In this document: positions 48,740-62,749 of the stretch, piece by piece
How positions within the stretch are numbered: the first letter of the stretch is position 1
How the letters are laid out: the number at the start of each line of letters is the position of its first letter
Source: Camelus ferus
Lineage: Eukaryota
Length of the DNA: 64,000 nt
Reading direction: 5' to 3'
Assembly: GCF_009834535.1 (NCBI RefSeq)
Contig: NC_045697.1
Span: 16,370,001 to 16,434,000, forward strand
The notes under the pieces: generated by a model
Told to the model about the DNA's origin: nothing
Database searches by the model: none
What the model saw: only the letters and a program-made list of their open reading frames with translations
Made by a program: the position numbers and the translations under genes

Positions 48740-50135
48740 TAATTCAAGATGCTGGGCAGTATGAGGCACAGGTCACCCTAAACTTCACACTCTGGGAAAA
48801 CAACTTTCAGAGGGAAGGGATGCTCGAGCAGAAACCTGTGCAGGAGGAAGGCACCAGCCATGTAAGTATCTGGGGAAGAGGACAAGAAACAGCAGGCACA
48901 AAAGATTGAATATGGGTGTGCGCATGAAAGTAGGAAGGAGGCCAGTGGTGCTGGAGCAGAGTCAGCTGGGGAGAAAGTGGAAGGAAATGAGGTCAGGAAA
49001 GTGGCCCAAGGCCAGATCATGGTCTTACAGACCATTAAAAGCCATTTGAATTTTATTCTAAATGTGGGAAGCGCAAAAAGTTGACACCAGAGGAATGAGG
49101 AGTCACTACCAAAATAATACAATAATTATGCTCCAATGGAATAAGTATGGGCTCTTTAAAAAATAGGAACCCAGAAAAAGAAATACCTCAAGTTTTTTAG
49201 GATGCCAAAAAAAAAATAAAGGTAAAATTGTTATTTGATTTTGAAGGATTTGGCTGAGAAGGGAGAAGAGATGATTCAGATTGAAGCAACGCTTCTGTGC
49301 AGAGACAGCAGTATGCATAAAAACAGAGGGAAAATACAATATACTACAAAATAGTTTAACTGGTTGGAGAATGGAAGGATGTAGTGTGAGGTAGGGTTAG
49401 CATGAGATCTTCAAGGTCTTTGCATGTCACCCTAAGGAATTTGAACTTTAGCCAGTAGGCTAGGGAGTCACTGAAATATTTTAAGCAAGGAAGTGATGCA
49501 ACATGATCGTACTTTTATTTTGGAATAATAAATCTGTCAGTAGTGTGAAGAATTAATTGAAGTACAGGGGAGTGTCTGAGGTCAGGACTACCAGCTAGGT
49601 GACTTGAAATAATCCATATGAGGAAGAAGAGATGAACTAGGGCCATGACAGTACGGAGAAATATACTGGAGAGTTATTTACAAGGTAGGGGCTCACAACT
49701 ATTTGGATATGAGTGGAAAATTTGACTGTCATCAAGGATAATTTCTTGGCTTGTGGTTTGAGGAATTTGGCCAATGGTGATATCATTACCCAAGATAGGA
49801 TGGAGGATCAAGTGTGAGACTAAACATTTTCGGATTTAGTAAAAAATGCAATTTGTGAAATAGAGGAGATACTCAATGGACTAAAGACCTAAAGAAGGTT
49901 AAGAGGATACAGGTACCAGAGCACAGGTGTAACTTAGCATTGGCAAAGGATGAGCGCCAACTTACCTGTAAAGGAGGAAAAGGTGTAAGAGGTGAAGAGA
50001 ACTTGGGTAATTACAAGATGGAAGAGGAAAATAAGAGCATTCACTCAGGATTACCCTCTTCCCTCTCTCTCTCGATATATATGTTCATATCTCATATATA
50101 TGAATATACATATGTGTATATAGATTTTTACCTTA

Positions 50136-50171
<36 letters not shown>

Positions 50172-50600
50172 ATGGCTTAATATGTGTGTATACATACACA
50201 CATTAATTGGGGGAAAATTTCCATGGAAGATATATAAGCTGAAACAGGCTTAAAAGATAGGTAGATTTTGCCTAGATCAAGAACAGTCAAAACGGATGCT
50301 GAAATCTCAATGTTTATTGACAGAAGTGTGGCATCATCATTTGAAGAAGCCGAAGAAAGAATGTGGGCACTAGCTTGTTGGTAGGAGAGGGAGCGATGAT
50401 TAATTTCATTTCATACATGTTGAATTGAAGGTGATGGTAAGAAACCAAAGGGTATATGTTCACTCTAAAACTGAAATTACACTGTTGGGGCAAAAATGGG
50501 TGGTCTGAGCAAAAAGAATAAATCAACAAAAAGGATAAATCTGCAGAAAGGTAGTAGTTGAAGGTATAAAGTTATACTGGTAGCAAAAAGTTGTGAAGGA
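48740..50600 (-). mobile_element. L2 LINE fragments
   Basis: gaaggcaccagccatgtaagtatctggggaag…ggaggccagtggtgctggagcagag…atgaggtcaggaaagtgg…ccagatcat; gggagtcactgaaatattttaagcaaggaagtga; includes (TA)n at ~50140-50168. Confidence 0.7.
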
Positions 50601-52197
50601 GAACCTCATGGGCAACGCTTTCCACAGTCAGCAAGGAGAAAGTCCACAGACTCCAGAGTCGCACCCCACCAGAGGGTCTTGTATTGGCTCTGAACCGGTT
50701 AATTACTTGAGAAGGGGGAACCTCCCCTAAGAGGCAGGTGTTTTATACTTAAATACTAATTTAACAAAAACTGATGAAAACAGGATGAAAATGCCTGTTC
50801 ATAGGGAGTATGGTCAGAACATCACTAGAAATGTCCATGAAGGACAATAAAAATATGAAATGAATATTGAGAAATTTTGAATAGGTTGGATTACAAAGAA
50901 GGAAACCTTAGCTAAGTCCTAGAGACAGGTCATCAACACTGCCGATTGCTGAATTTTGAAAGAAAAACAAAACGGGAAAGTGACACTCTCTGGGAGAAGA
51001 TGCACTATGTAAACATATGTGTCTACCCCTGTCATAGAGTAAATCGGCAGTGCTCAATTTAATCTTTTGCTTAGAGATTTCTCCAGCCTGAGTTTAAGTT
51101 TACAGGTTGTACATTCCAGGAAAAGAGCTAACCAGCATTTAGTGATGCGGGGATGCTGACATCAGCTTTTATCCATCCCTCTTTTTTACCCCAGTGCCAC
51201 CATGTCCCTGCTACAGTCTCTGGCAATACAGATCTAGGTTCTTGGAACACAACTTCACCTGGGATAACTGCCCTTGAGGAGAAGGATTGGCTCATTCTCC
51301 AATGTGATGGCTGTGGGGCCGGTGCTGTGAAAATCTCATGTGTCCCATTAATTCCCTATAATCTTTAAAAGGTTAGAAACATCAGAGCCTTGGAAATAAG
51401 TTAACAGATCTTCTGAGACGCTGAAGAAGGTACACAGATCTTTTTGAAAGACAGTCCAGGTTCCAGCTGCTTTTGAAACCTCAATGCCACCAGACGTTGA
51501 AAATATCTCCGACTGAAACCATGCAGACTATGAAACTGTAGAAAACAAAATTCTTTGAACTTTAAACACACAGAGAATAGAATTAGACTTTTTACTTTAT
51601 TATTGTGGGTCTTTGACCTTAATTTGCAAAGGGTTGTTATGTTTGTAGTTTTATGTATTTTCATAATTTTTTTTTTAATGAGGTGGGGTTTAAATTCAAA
51701 TTGAACCAATTCTGGTTTTGGCATTACCCTGTTGTACCCTCTTTGGATATTTTACTATTGGAGTATCTTAACTGTTGTATCTAATCTGATTGATGAATTT
51801 TTGGTATGCTGCATTGAACAACGTGACTGGTCAAAATAGAGAAACAGAATGGGAAGTGAATTTTCAACTCTGGTTGAAGACTGACCTTGAAGTTGACTAC
51901 ATAATTCTGACCCATTTCATACCTTTATGTGGACAGCATCAACGGCACACCGCTGGTCCAAGGACAAAATCCAAGAGAGTTCTGGTTGCCACTGAAGGAG
52001 CAAACTCATTGCGGTGAGAGCAGAATAATCCTGATAGAGGTCAAATTGCCCCTATGCAGTCAACGGCCACATCTTTAATTGACCATAGGCTTAAGGGTTA
52101 ATTAAACTCAACGGGCAAATAAAAACAAAGAGATAGGGAATTTTAGAGAAAAGCCCATCTGGTCTACCCTTCTACTCATGATTTCCATAAAAGGAGA

Positions 52198-52684
52198 TGT
52201 GGTAAGCATATTAATGTTCCCCTTCTCCCAATGGTATCTATATACTAATCCTCAGAACCTGTGAGTATGTTACCTTACCTGGCAAAAGGGACTTTTCAGG
52301 TGTGACTGAGTTAAGGATCTCGAGATGAAGAGCATCCTGGGTTATTTAGGTTAGCCCAGTGTAATCACAACTCAAACAGGGAGGTAGGAAAGTCAGTGTC
52401 AGGGTCAGGGAAGGATGGGAGGATGGAAGCAAAGGTTGGGGTGATGCAATTTCTGGCTGGGGACTATGAGTTAAGGGATGCAATTCGCTTCTTAGAAGAT
52501 GAAGAAGAAGAAAAAGATTGTCCCATGGAGCCTGTGGAAGGAATATAGCCCTGCTGACACCTTAATTTTAGTCCCATGACATCCATTTTAGACCTCTGAC
52601 CTCCAGAACTGTAAGATGAATTTATGTTGTTTAAGCTACTAAGTATGTGGGTGATTTGCAACATTAGCAATGAAAAGTAACACA
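52198..52684 (+). mobile_element. ERVL-MaLR solo LTR (MLT1D-like)
   Basis: tgtggtaagcatattaatg…gaacctgtgagtatgttaccttacctggcaaaagggac…gccctgctgacaccttaattttag…ctccagaactgtaagat…aagtaacaca. Confidence 0.9.
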
Positions 52685-53224
52685 GTAGTTTTTCCCTTTC
52701 TGTGGCCTCTTTTTTCCCTTTCTGGGAGAAGAAATTGTATATTGCTTGATTTGTGTATTTAGGAAGTTAAAACAGAAATTTTAAGGCTTAGCTCTTCTAT
52801 TTTTCTTCTTGCGACTGTGCCTGCACAAGCTCCTCGCTGGTTGTCCATGTGTGAGTCTTATCTGTGCACTTGGGTGGCCTGCCTCATCCACGATGGCCTG
52901 TGGCTGCATGGGTGAGTCTGATTTCAGTAGCTCATTGACAGGACCATTTGGCTCTCACAGTTAACCTCTATCAATAATTAAAATACTATTTTTATATCAA
53001 CCAGGAATTCCTTTCTGATTTTTTATTTTTAAAATCTGGGTGAGGAAGTGGGCTATGATTCTTTGGGTCCCTGAGGCCCCAATAAATACAAAAAAGTAGG
53101 CGGCAAAACATATCCAGCATTGTGGGGAAAATTGAGACTAATAAGGAAGACTAAAAACAGGCTGTTGAATATGGTAATAAGGTTACCATAATGTAATGCA
53201 AACTTACCACCTTTAGCCCGAAGG

Positions 53225-53440
53225 ATAGCATCATACTTAAGAAATGTTAGAAGTACTTGCCTTAATGTTAGAAGACATGGGTGTTCCCTTATACCTCTAT
53301 TACATAGCATTGTTCTTGAGGTTTTAGCCAACTCTATTAGAGAAGAAAAATAAACTAGAAGTATAGAAATGCTAGAATGTGAATAAAACGATTATAATTT
53401 GCAGATAATTTGATCATGTACTTCTAAATCCAAGGAATAT
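53225..53440 (+). mobile_element. Old L1 ORF2 reverse-transcriptase fragment
   Basis: Translates RHGCSLIPLLHSIVLEVLANSIREEK…FADNLIMY, matching L1 RT motifs QGCPLSPLLFNIVLEVLA…FADD. Confidence 0.85.
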
Positions 53441-56400
53441 ATTAAAATAATTAATAATTATGATAGTTTGAAATCTTAGATTTTGTATGATTTAAATCAT
53501 ATCTTGTGTAATATTGTGTAGTACTGTTTCATATCAGCCATTATACTATTTTTTCCCTAACTACATTGCCTAGAAGCTCAGTACAATGTTGAATAGTAAT
53601 GATTAAAAAAATATTTTTGTCTTATGCCTGAGTTTAGTAAGCATGAATTATGATATTATTATATTCTTTTTAGAAATACTCTTCATTGGGTAAAGGAAGT
53701 TTACTTCTATACAGCTGTGTTTAATAAGTTGTATACATTTCTGAATGCAATTTATTACCAGTGTATGAAGGATTATTGAAGCTATATTTGTGTGTAGTTG
53801 GTCTCTCTATACATATTTCCATTAACTGTTCTTGCCTGATTTTGGTATCTCTGGATTATATCAGCTTATAAAACATTTTCCTTCTAGCCTCATCTCTGAA
53901 ATATTTTATTTAAGAAAAGGATTATCTTTTACTTAAATTTTCAGTATGAACACCGTATGATAAAATCTGAACTTGGTAACTTGAGTAGGTAACTTTTAAA
54001 TTATAAGTCAATTTCATTGTTTTGTCTTCCAGATCTTTAAACTGCTCATTCACATTTTCATTTCTTTATCTTTCTGATTTAGATTTTAGATGAATTCTTC
54101 AGTACTTCATTTCAATCACATTTTATTTCATTAACTTTCTCTTTAACAGTGTCACACTAGAATTGATGGAGTATATTGAGATTTTTAAAATTTCAATGAC
54201 CATATTTCCATTGTTATATTTTTATGTATACCTGTTCACAATTTGTTTGTGGCAGCTTTACTGTATTTTTTTTCTCTAGAGATTTTTTTTAATTTCTTTG
54301 AGGATCTCACCTTGTATTTATAGCACTTTAAGACTACTCTTTATTTTTATTTTTAGAAGTGATTTTAATTCTTGACATTTTTCTAGCTTCAAACAAAACT
54401 CTTCAGAAACTTTTGATTTTCTAAACTTACATATATGACACTTATTATTACTCTTCTGTCTCTACTGAGCCTTCTCTTGATGGCAGTTCCAAAGGCTCAT
54501 TTACTCGTATTCCTACAGCTCCAGTCAAACGTGAGGTGTCATATCCATGTCTCCAAGATTCTGTCCCATGGTGCTACCCAGTTACTGAGACAGCAGGCAA
54601 CTTGACCAAGGTCTTGGTTTCTGGGCTGTCTGCTTCTGCTCCAGACAGGGTGCTTATATAGTGATAGCTGAGACTCACAGTCCCACTAATTTTTTAGTTT
54701 AAATTCTTGAATGGGAATGCAAACTCCAGGCCACCAATTTTAAGCAAGGTGATTTGCTGTAGTCTCCAACACAAGCAGAAGTCCAACTTCTGCCCTTTCA
54801 GCATTCTTCCATACCCTGAGGCCAGCACATGCAAAGCTTTAGCCTTTCTTATTACTACAGACCTCTGTTGCAGGGATATTTAATTTTTCAGTATGGGTAT
54901 ATATTTTTATAACAAAAAATTAACTCTGTTTAATTAAGGACAATTTAAAAAAATGCAAACATACTTTTGGATTTTGACTTCGTTTCAAATAGAATTTCCA
55001 AAAAGAAATGTCTAATTTTTGTGATTAGTTTGAATGATTTTTTTTGCCCTTTATTTTAATTTGAATTATTATTTCTGCCTTTACTGTTATACTTCACATG
55101 CCAAAATTACAGTCCTTTTAAATACAAAAAGCACGGTTGTGGTGTATACTTTACATTTAAGTTTTTCTTACTGATACACAGAAAGGTTTCATTCTGATAT
55201 AAGGTGTGAGTTAGGAATGAACTTTATTCCAAAGGATCAGTTATTTAATATAATTTATTGTTATTTTCACATTGATTATACTTTAAATTAATATATGTAT
55301 TTGTCTTTTTCTGATAGTTCTAATATATTGGGATTTCATGATTAATAATATATTGCTTATCCTTGCAATTGGGAAATACCCAATTATTGCAACTTTATCT
55401 TCTATTTCAATATCTGGTAAAGAAAGCCTTCTTTTACCATTCTTTTTTTCAGTCTTTGTTTTAGGTAGTTGTGTATGTTTTCTTTTCCAGGTGAAGTTTA
55501 CACGTAATTTTCCCAATAAGAAAAAAAACTCTACTAAGTTTTTGATTGGCATTAAATATATAAGTTAATACAGAACTACATATTTCTTCATTTAATCATC
55601 TTCTTCATGTCCTTTGTTGATTTTTTTTGTCGATACCCTCATAAGGGCACCATGTATATCTTATTATATTTATTTCCAGGTGTTTATCTTTTCTGTCACT
55701 ATTTGAATAGTATATTTATCATCAATATATTTTTACCTGGTTAATGTTGATGTTGAATGCTCTTGTTCATTCTGATATCTTATAATTGTTCACATTATGA
55801 ATATGCTTATTAATTTAAATAATTGTTCAGTTGATTTCCTTTTGTTTTAGAGGTATAAAATCATAATGTCTACAAACAATGATATTTTGCCTAAATGTTT
55901 AGTATTTATAACAAATTTTATGTTTGAGCTTAATTACAGTGGAAAGCACTCCTAGCAAAATGTTCAACATTGTGGTGTGTATAGAGGGACAGGATCATAA
56001 GAAAATTTCCCTATATCAAATTCAATGTGACTATTTCTACGGATTTGCCTCTGAACATAGTACTCACTTTAGTTTACAATAAACTATTTATATACTGCTT
56101 AGTATTTTTACATTTTATTTTAAATGGATTTTTTATTTTTAAAAATCATAAGTAAATTTTAAATTTTACCAAGCAATTTTCCGGTATGCAATAATAGCAG
56201 ATGCATGAAGGTGAAATCTACAATTGTGCAGCCTGTGTTCTGGTACAGGTCTTGCCACTCGCAGGCCGCATTAGTCTAAGCAAATAATTATTAATCTATA
56301 CCTTGGATTTCTCATTTGAAAACTCTAGGTGATAATGTTCCTATCATATATATTTTTAAACAATTAGATGACCCAGTGCTTGTGAAAATATTTCTTGATA

Positions 56401-57749
56401 CAATGCCAGGCAATGCTAAATGCTAATAATTATGAACTATTATTATTTATAATGACTATCTCATTGTTTTTCTCCCCAAAATGGTTAATTTTACTAATAG
56501 ATATCAAATATATTTTCTAAAGTTAAAACAGTGTCTGGATCATAGTAAGCACTCAATAAATGCTAGCATTATTATTGATAAAATTAAATTATTAGTCTAT
56601 CTAAAATAGTAATCACTATAATCTATTTTTTAATTTTCTTAATATGTCAGAATTTAATAATTATATTTTTGTTATTATTTTCTAGCTTAATTCCACTTTG
56701 GTCAGAGAATAGCTCTTTAAGTTTTCAATTCTTTAATATTTGTCATATGGCCTAGCATATAGTAAGTATTATATGCCCCAGCATACAGTAAATTTTGGTA
56801 AATGTTCTGTGTGCTCTTGAAATTAAAGTATATTCTAAAATTCTGAGCTTCATATTCTATGTTTGTCAGTTAAGCCAAGTTTATTTCTATATATTTGCTG
56901 ATATGTTTTGTGTACCTATTCTCAGTTAATAAGAGGAGGTATGTTAAAATGCTCTCTCTGATGTAGATTTGTATATTTCCTCTTAGTGCTGTAACTTTTT
57001 TACTTTATTTTCTAAAGCAGTTTACTGGAGCATGCAATTTTAGAATTATTATATCTTTTGGATTATTTGCCCATGGTTTCATAAAATGTCCCTTTGTCTT
57101 TACCATGTATGTTTTTATGTCCAACCCTTCTTTCTCATATATTAGTATGGTGTTTAGATGGTATGCATTTTTCATTCTTTTTACTTTCAACCATTCAGAA
57201 CTGCTAGATTCAGGCATGTCTCCTTTAATCATCATATAATTGAGTTTTATTTTATTATTCAGTCTGAAAATTCTTATATTTCTTTGCAGTATTAGTCTTT
57301 TCATATTTTATCTAAGTATAGATAAATTTGGTTTAAATCTACCATCTTAATATTTGGGAGTTTTTTGTTGGTACTGATTCTGATCTCTTTTTCAATCTCT
57401 CATTCTCTTTCTTTGTCTCTCCTCTTTTTGGGAATATTTTTATTATTCTATTGCCCAATTAACTGGAGGTTTTATATATATGCATATGATATATATAAGT
57501 GAAAGATTATGTTTTATATATAATATTATATTGTACATTATATAAAATAAATATTATATTACATATATTATGATATATACTTTTTAAAATTTTATTTTAT
57601 TGAGTTAGAGTCAGTTTACAATGTTGTATCAATTTCCAGTGTATATATATAGACACTATATGTAAAGATACAAAAATATATATGTATACATATACATGTA
57701 TATCTTTATAATTTTGCTATTATTTTAGTTTTTTCTGGAAATTATTTTT

Positions 57750-58415
57750 TTAACTTTTTTATTGAGTTATAGTCATTTTACAATGTTGTGTCAAATTCCA
57801 GTGTAGAGCACAATTTTTCAGTTATACATGAAAATACATATATTCATTGTCACATTTTTTTTTACTGTGAGATACCACAAGATCTTGTATATATTTCCCT
57901 GTGCTATACAGTATAATCTTGTTTATCTATTCTGCATATGGCTGTCAGTATCTATAAATTTTGAAATCTCAGTCTGTCCCTTCCCACCCTCCACCCCCTT
58001 GGCAACCACTAGTTTGAATTCTGTCTATGAGTCTATTTCTGTTTTGTATTTATGTTCATTTTTTTTTAGACTCCATATATGAGCGATCTCATATGGTATT
58101 TTTCTTTCTCTTTCTGGCTTACTTCACTTAAAATGACATTCTCCAGGGACATCCATGTTGCTGCAAATGGCATTATGTTGTCATTTTTTATAGCTGAGTT
58201 GTATTCCATTGTATAAATATACCACATCTTCTTCATCCAGTCATCTGTTGATGGACATTTAGGCTGTTTCCATGTCTTGGCTATTGTAAATAGTGCTGCT
58301 ATGAACATTGGAGTCCAGCTGTCCTTTTGAAGTAGGGTTCCTTCTGGATATATGCCCAGGAGCGGGATTCCTGGGTCATACGATAAGTCTATTCCTAGTC
58401 TTTTGAGGAATCTCC
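57750..58415 (-). mobile_element. Young L1 3' fragment with near-intact ORF2 C-terminus
   Basis: ORF 58066-58308 [76 protein letters not shown] is the canonical L1 ORF2 end. Confidence 0.95.
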
Positions 58416-58865
58416 ATGCATGAATTCTTGTATTAATACAGTTTAATAAAAATTCATACTTTTACCACTTTCAGGATAATACAAATGCTTTAAAATATTT
58501 TAACTCCATTTCTCCCCTTTCTCATTTATGGGCTAATGTTCTCATATATTTTCATTCAATGTGTATAAGCCAAAATATTTATTGTTATTGTTTTAAATAG
58601 TCAGTGTCCATTTATATTTACAAACATTTATAGCCATTTTATTTACTTTTGTTTATTCTGGGATAATTTTCTTTCTGACTGGCTTTTAATATTTCCCTGG
58701 ATGATGATGACAGCCAATTATTTGTTTGTCTGAAAAAATCTTATTTTTAAAAGAATATTAACTTCTGAATATTGAATTTTATGTCTACAGTTATCCTCTT
58801 TTTTTCCTCTGATTCTTTTAAGATTTTTATTTTGGTTTTCAACAATTTTACTATAATAGGCCTGA

Positions 58866-58886
58866 GTGTGTGTGTGTGTGTGTGTG
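58866..58886. repeat. (TG)n microsatellite
   Basis: Directly visible. Confidence 0.85.
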
Positions 58887-61226
58887 GCTTTAGGTTTCTT
58901 GCATTCATCCTATAATTCTTCTACCATATATAGGTAATACTTTTTGTAAGATTTTTGGCCATATGTCATCAAATACTGCTTCTACTTTAACCTCTTCCTA
59001 ATTTCCTTTTGATATTCATTACATATATGTTAGTTTTTTTTTCACTGTATCACACTTGCCTCTAACATATTTTCTTTATCTTTCATCCATTTCTCTCTTC
59101 ACACTTCAGTTTGTATATTTCCTTCGGACATGTTTTCCAGTTTATTAATTTTCTCCTCAGCTTAATTTAATTTTCTCAAAGCATCCACTGAGTTCTTAAT
59201 CTTAATTATTCTGTTTTCAGTTCTACAATTTTTATTTTATTCTTAACTATAGCTTTTAAAAACGTTTATTGAAATATAGTTGATTTACAATGTTTTGTTA
59301 GTTTCTGGTGTACAGCATATTGATTTAGTTGTAAATATATATTATTTTTCTTATTTTGTATCATTATAGATTATTATAAAATATTGAATACAGTTCCCTG
59401 TGCTAAACAGGAGGACTTTGTTGTTTTCCTTAATTATACTGTTATTTTTTCCTTACATAGATCTCTACCTTGTCATGTATTTACTTGAAGCTACGAATCA
59501 TAGATATTTTTAAGTCTGTGTCTAATAATTTCAATTTGTGCATCTCCCATGGATCTATTTCTAATTCTCACTTTATTCTCTTCAATTTTCAGTTGATTAT
59601 CATCTTTCAATATACCATTTTACACTTAATTATCAGTATTGCATAAAAATTACAGTAAAAATGATGTGATGTAATAGATAACATTACATTCCTCCTGATG
59701 AGATTTACATTTCCTTCTCCCTACCTATGATATTAAAAGCAAATCACCTTAACTGGATCAGTAATTGAACTGTTAAGAGATCTGGCTTAGTCTATCTCTG
59801 TTTGATATTATTGCCAGGATTTAGGCAGCCTCCTTAGCCTTCAGCTATCATTCTGGCTTTCAGAATTGAGGATAAGTCAAGGAGAAAAATATTCCAAAAC
59901 CTGGGTTCACCTCTCTGGACTTGCCTTATTTTCAAAATCTTCATCCTGAAAATTCTCACTGCTTTGATAAGCTTGATTGAAATTTCAGAGTCATATTTTG
60001 CACACACAATTTGTCCTTTTGTTTCTTTGTTTGTTTTTTATCATCAGGAGTTGATTCAGTACAATATTCCCTTATTTGTGGATAGAGAATGCTTAAAACT
60101 TTTGTGCAAAATTTCATTTTATTTTCAAATTAATGCAATTGTTTACTGTTTGCAAATAATATCTATTCTTCCATATATGTATATGTATATCTATATATGT
60201 TTATTTCTATCCATCTAACTATTTGTTTTAAATTTTCTTTATATGGTAACATCAGTGGCTAGAAAGATGCTTCCATTTCATCCTGTGGCTTCTCATCCTC
60301 ACTAACACATCCAAATATAGCTCCGGGAATCAAAATATCCCATTTCCAGAAGTCAGTAAATTAAATGAGGAGTTAAGTGAGCAATGAGTGTGTTCACCTC
60401 AAGGTGTTGTATACCAGTTTTATAGTTTAGAAGCTGATTGCTATAGAAATGATAATGGATTAGACTAAATTTTTCCTTTACAAATATTACTTTCCCACAT
60501 ATTTTGTTGTACTCATTGACTCAGTGGTCTGCTTCTACCTAATTACATCTCAGCACTGAACCAGGGAGGAGAATAGATTCTGAATTCACAGATGTTAGAG
60601 GAGAGAAACAGAATATAAATAAAAATTATATTAAATTAAACTATATGCTATGATAAATGATGTTAAGAGAGTTGCAGGCTCTCTGCAAGATATCATCTGC
60701 TTCATTTGACATAATTTATGAAATTAATCTAGCCCTCAATATTAGCACATGAATAACTGTGCCATTTATTGGATGCTTAGAAGTGCCCTCTGAACACAAA
60801 AGGGAAAAGTGGGCAAAATAAATGATCTAACATATTTTTCAAAATATAGGACATGTGGTTCCAGAGTAAGAAATTAAATAATTTTAAATCACAGACTGAA
60901 AGAGTTATTCCCTTTAAAATTTTTCTTTTAATACTGATGATCTCAAGAGAAAACCTCGGTTTAATTTTTGTTAGTTTTAAGGCACCTTAACAAAGAAACA
61001 ACAAAGAAAGTGCAGACTCTCAGCTCTGAGCATTTGGCAGGCTGCAGTATCTAGCTGGAATTTAATGGCATTGCCCTTCCTTGTTTTGTTTCTATTGCAA
61101 GTGTTTGTAATGTTACTTTTTATTTATCACAAGCAGTACAAGTTTTCCTTCTGTGGCAGTGATTTTTTTTTCACTTTTAAAGATAGTGTGTTGTGTTAAA
61201 ACTAATTGAGTAGAATATATTAACTA

Positions 61227-61303
61227 TTAGATTGAATTATATGAAATTTTCAGTATTCAGCCATTTTGGGCCTAGAAAAACATCAATTTATGTCTCAAAC
61301 TAA
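61227..61303. mobile_element. MADE2-like Tc1/mariner MITE (~80 bp)
   Basis: ta|ttagattgaattatatgaaatt…ccattttgggcctagaaaaa…caatttatgtctcaaactaa resembles the palindromic MADE2 consensus as recalled. Confidence 0.65.
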
Positions 61304-61530
61304 TTATAATTGTATAGGTTTTATGTGACAAGAAAAAACTATGATGCTGTTATGGCAATGTCTGAAATCTGGGAATATTGATATCACAATGAGCCCTTTT
61401 GACAGCAGCTCACATGATTAACAGTGAACAAGAAGAACTTCTTCTGGCCTCTTCTTCATGTGTTCAAATCCTTTTTTAACAAGGAGAGTGATGCACACTT
61501 TGATTCTAGCCTTGGAGCTAGTGATGACCC

Positions 61531-61630
61531 NNNNNNNNNNNNNNNNNNNNNNNNNNNNNNNNNNNNNNNNNNNNNNNNNNNNNNNNNNNNNNNNNNNNNN
61601 NNNNNNNNNNNNNNNNNNNNNNNNNNNNNN
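61531..61630. other. Assembly gap (100 N)
   Basis: Run of exactly 100 n, the usual placeholder for a gap of unknown size. Confidence 0.99.
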
Positions 61631-62749
61631 TCTTTTCCATGTGTCACTAAGTTGTGGAAAAGATGAGATAATAGAAGGATAAAAAGATAAAAATTTAGAA
61701 ATTCTACATATTGCCAGTGTCGTTGTTAGTAAAATATAGGAAGGAAGCTAGAGTCACCAGCTTTCCAAGTCTAATTAGAAGAGTTAATTTGTTAGCTGCC
61801 TTGAGTTCCTGGATTCACTAAGACTGAGACTGATAGGAATCAGAGACCAAGTCATAGTTCATTCGGTCTGGAGGCCAAACTTTACCTTCAGGATTGAGGC
61901 CTTAGTCATATCTGGGTTACATAAGCCTATATGCTGTATCCATCTCAAAGGGGATGATGGATAAACGTGATGACTTCCTGTGAGAGTAACTAGTAAAACT
62001 GCTCAACCATCTGTGTCTTTTTATCAGTGTAAAGCTTTTTAATTATGAAAGTGAACTGTTAATTATTTGTTCATTGAGTGAACAGAAAACCTTAAGTCTT
62101 TACTTATTGCTAGCAAAAAACTGGGGAAGGGAAAATATATCCAAGCGAGCCATTTAGCAGAACCTGGGGTAGAGCTGCTTCTCTGACCCCTAATGTCTAT
62201 ATGGCGTCAAGGTGGTGTCATGTAGTGTGTGGTTTCCAAAACTGGGGGTCTTCCCTTTGTTTTGTGCTTCTGGGCATGTTTTTCAAAAGTTGTTTATTCT
62301 CAGATTATTTCTAGAAAGATAGAGTTTTCCTTGAATAATGTTTCAATACAGCAAACACTTGAACCTAGTAAGGCAACGTGGAAGAGAGCAAATGGCACCA
62401 GTCTAGCGGCACAATAGTTGGGAAAGAACCCTGAACTTCAATGTCTTTTGAAGACAATGACGTCAGACTATTCAAATAGCTGGGGCTTTCAAATGGCATG
62501 TTTCTGTGATCCCGTTTTTCAAATATATGGACATTAAAGAGTCTGAAATTATGTAATTGTAACAAAGTCCAAATTTAAATTCAAACAGTGAGATTATCTG
62601 GCAAATTTCTACTGTGATAGAATACCGGTGCCCTGATTTGACAGATTTCCAAGTGGTAAGACTCTATATTCATTTGAGATCAGAAAGAAGTGAAAAATGC
62701 TGACTCCTAACAAGCCCCCAACATGTAGATTCTACCACCCCTGCTTAAT

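Larger units (their letters stand above)
53480..60110 (-). mobile_element. Mosaic of old L1M fragments (antisense), with MIR and young L1 insertions
   Basis: ORF 55283-55552 (PIKNLVEFFFLLGKLRVNFTWKRK…LSLPDI) resembles L1 ORF2; ORF 57005-57304 (WLKVKRMKNAYH…KTKGHF…DIIILKLHAP) resembles the L1 endonuclease domain; T-rich throughout. Confidence 0.7.

Noticed and set aside
50667..50682. CTCF motif ccaccagagggtct
   Set aside because: Lacks the key GGC of the core; too weak alone.
61424..61682. ORFs containing X runs
   Set aside because: Artefacts of translating through the 100-N assembly gap.
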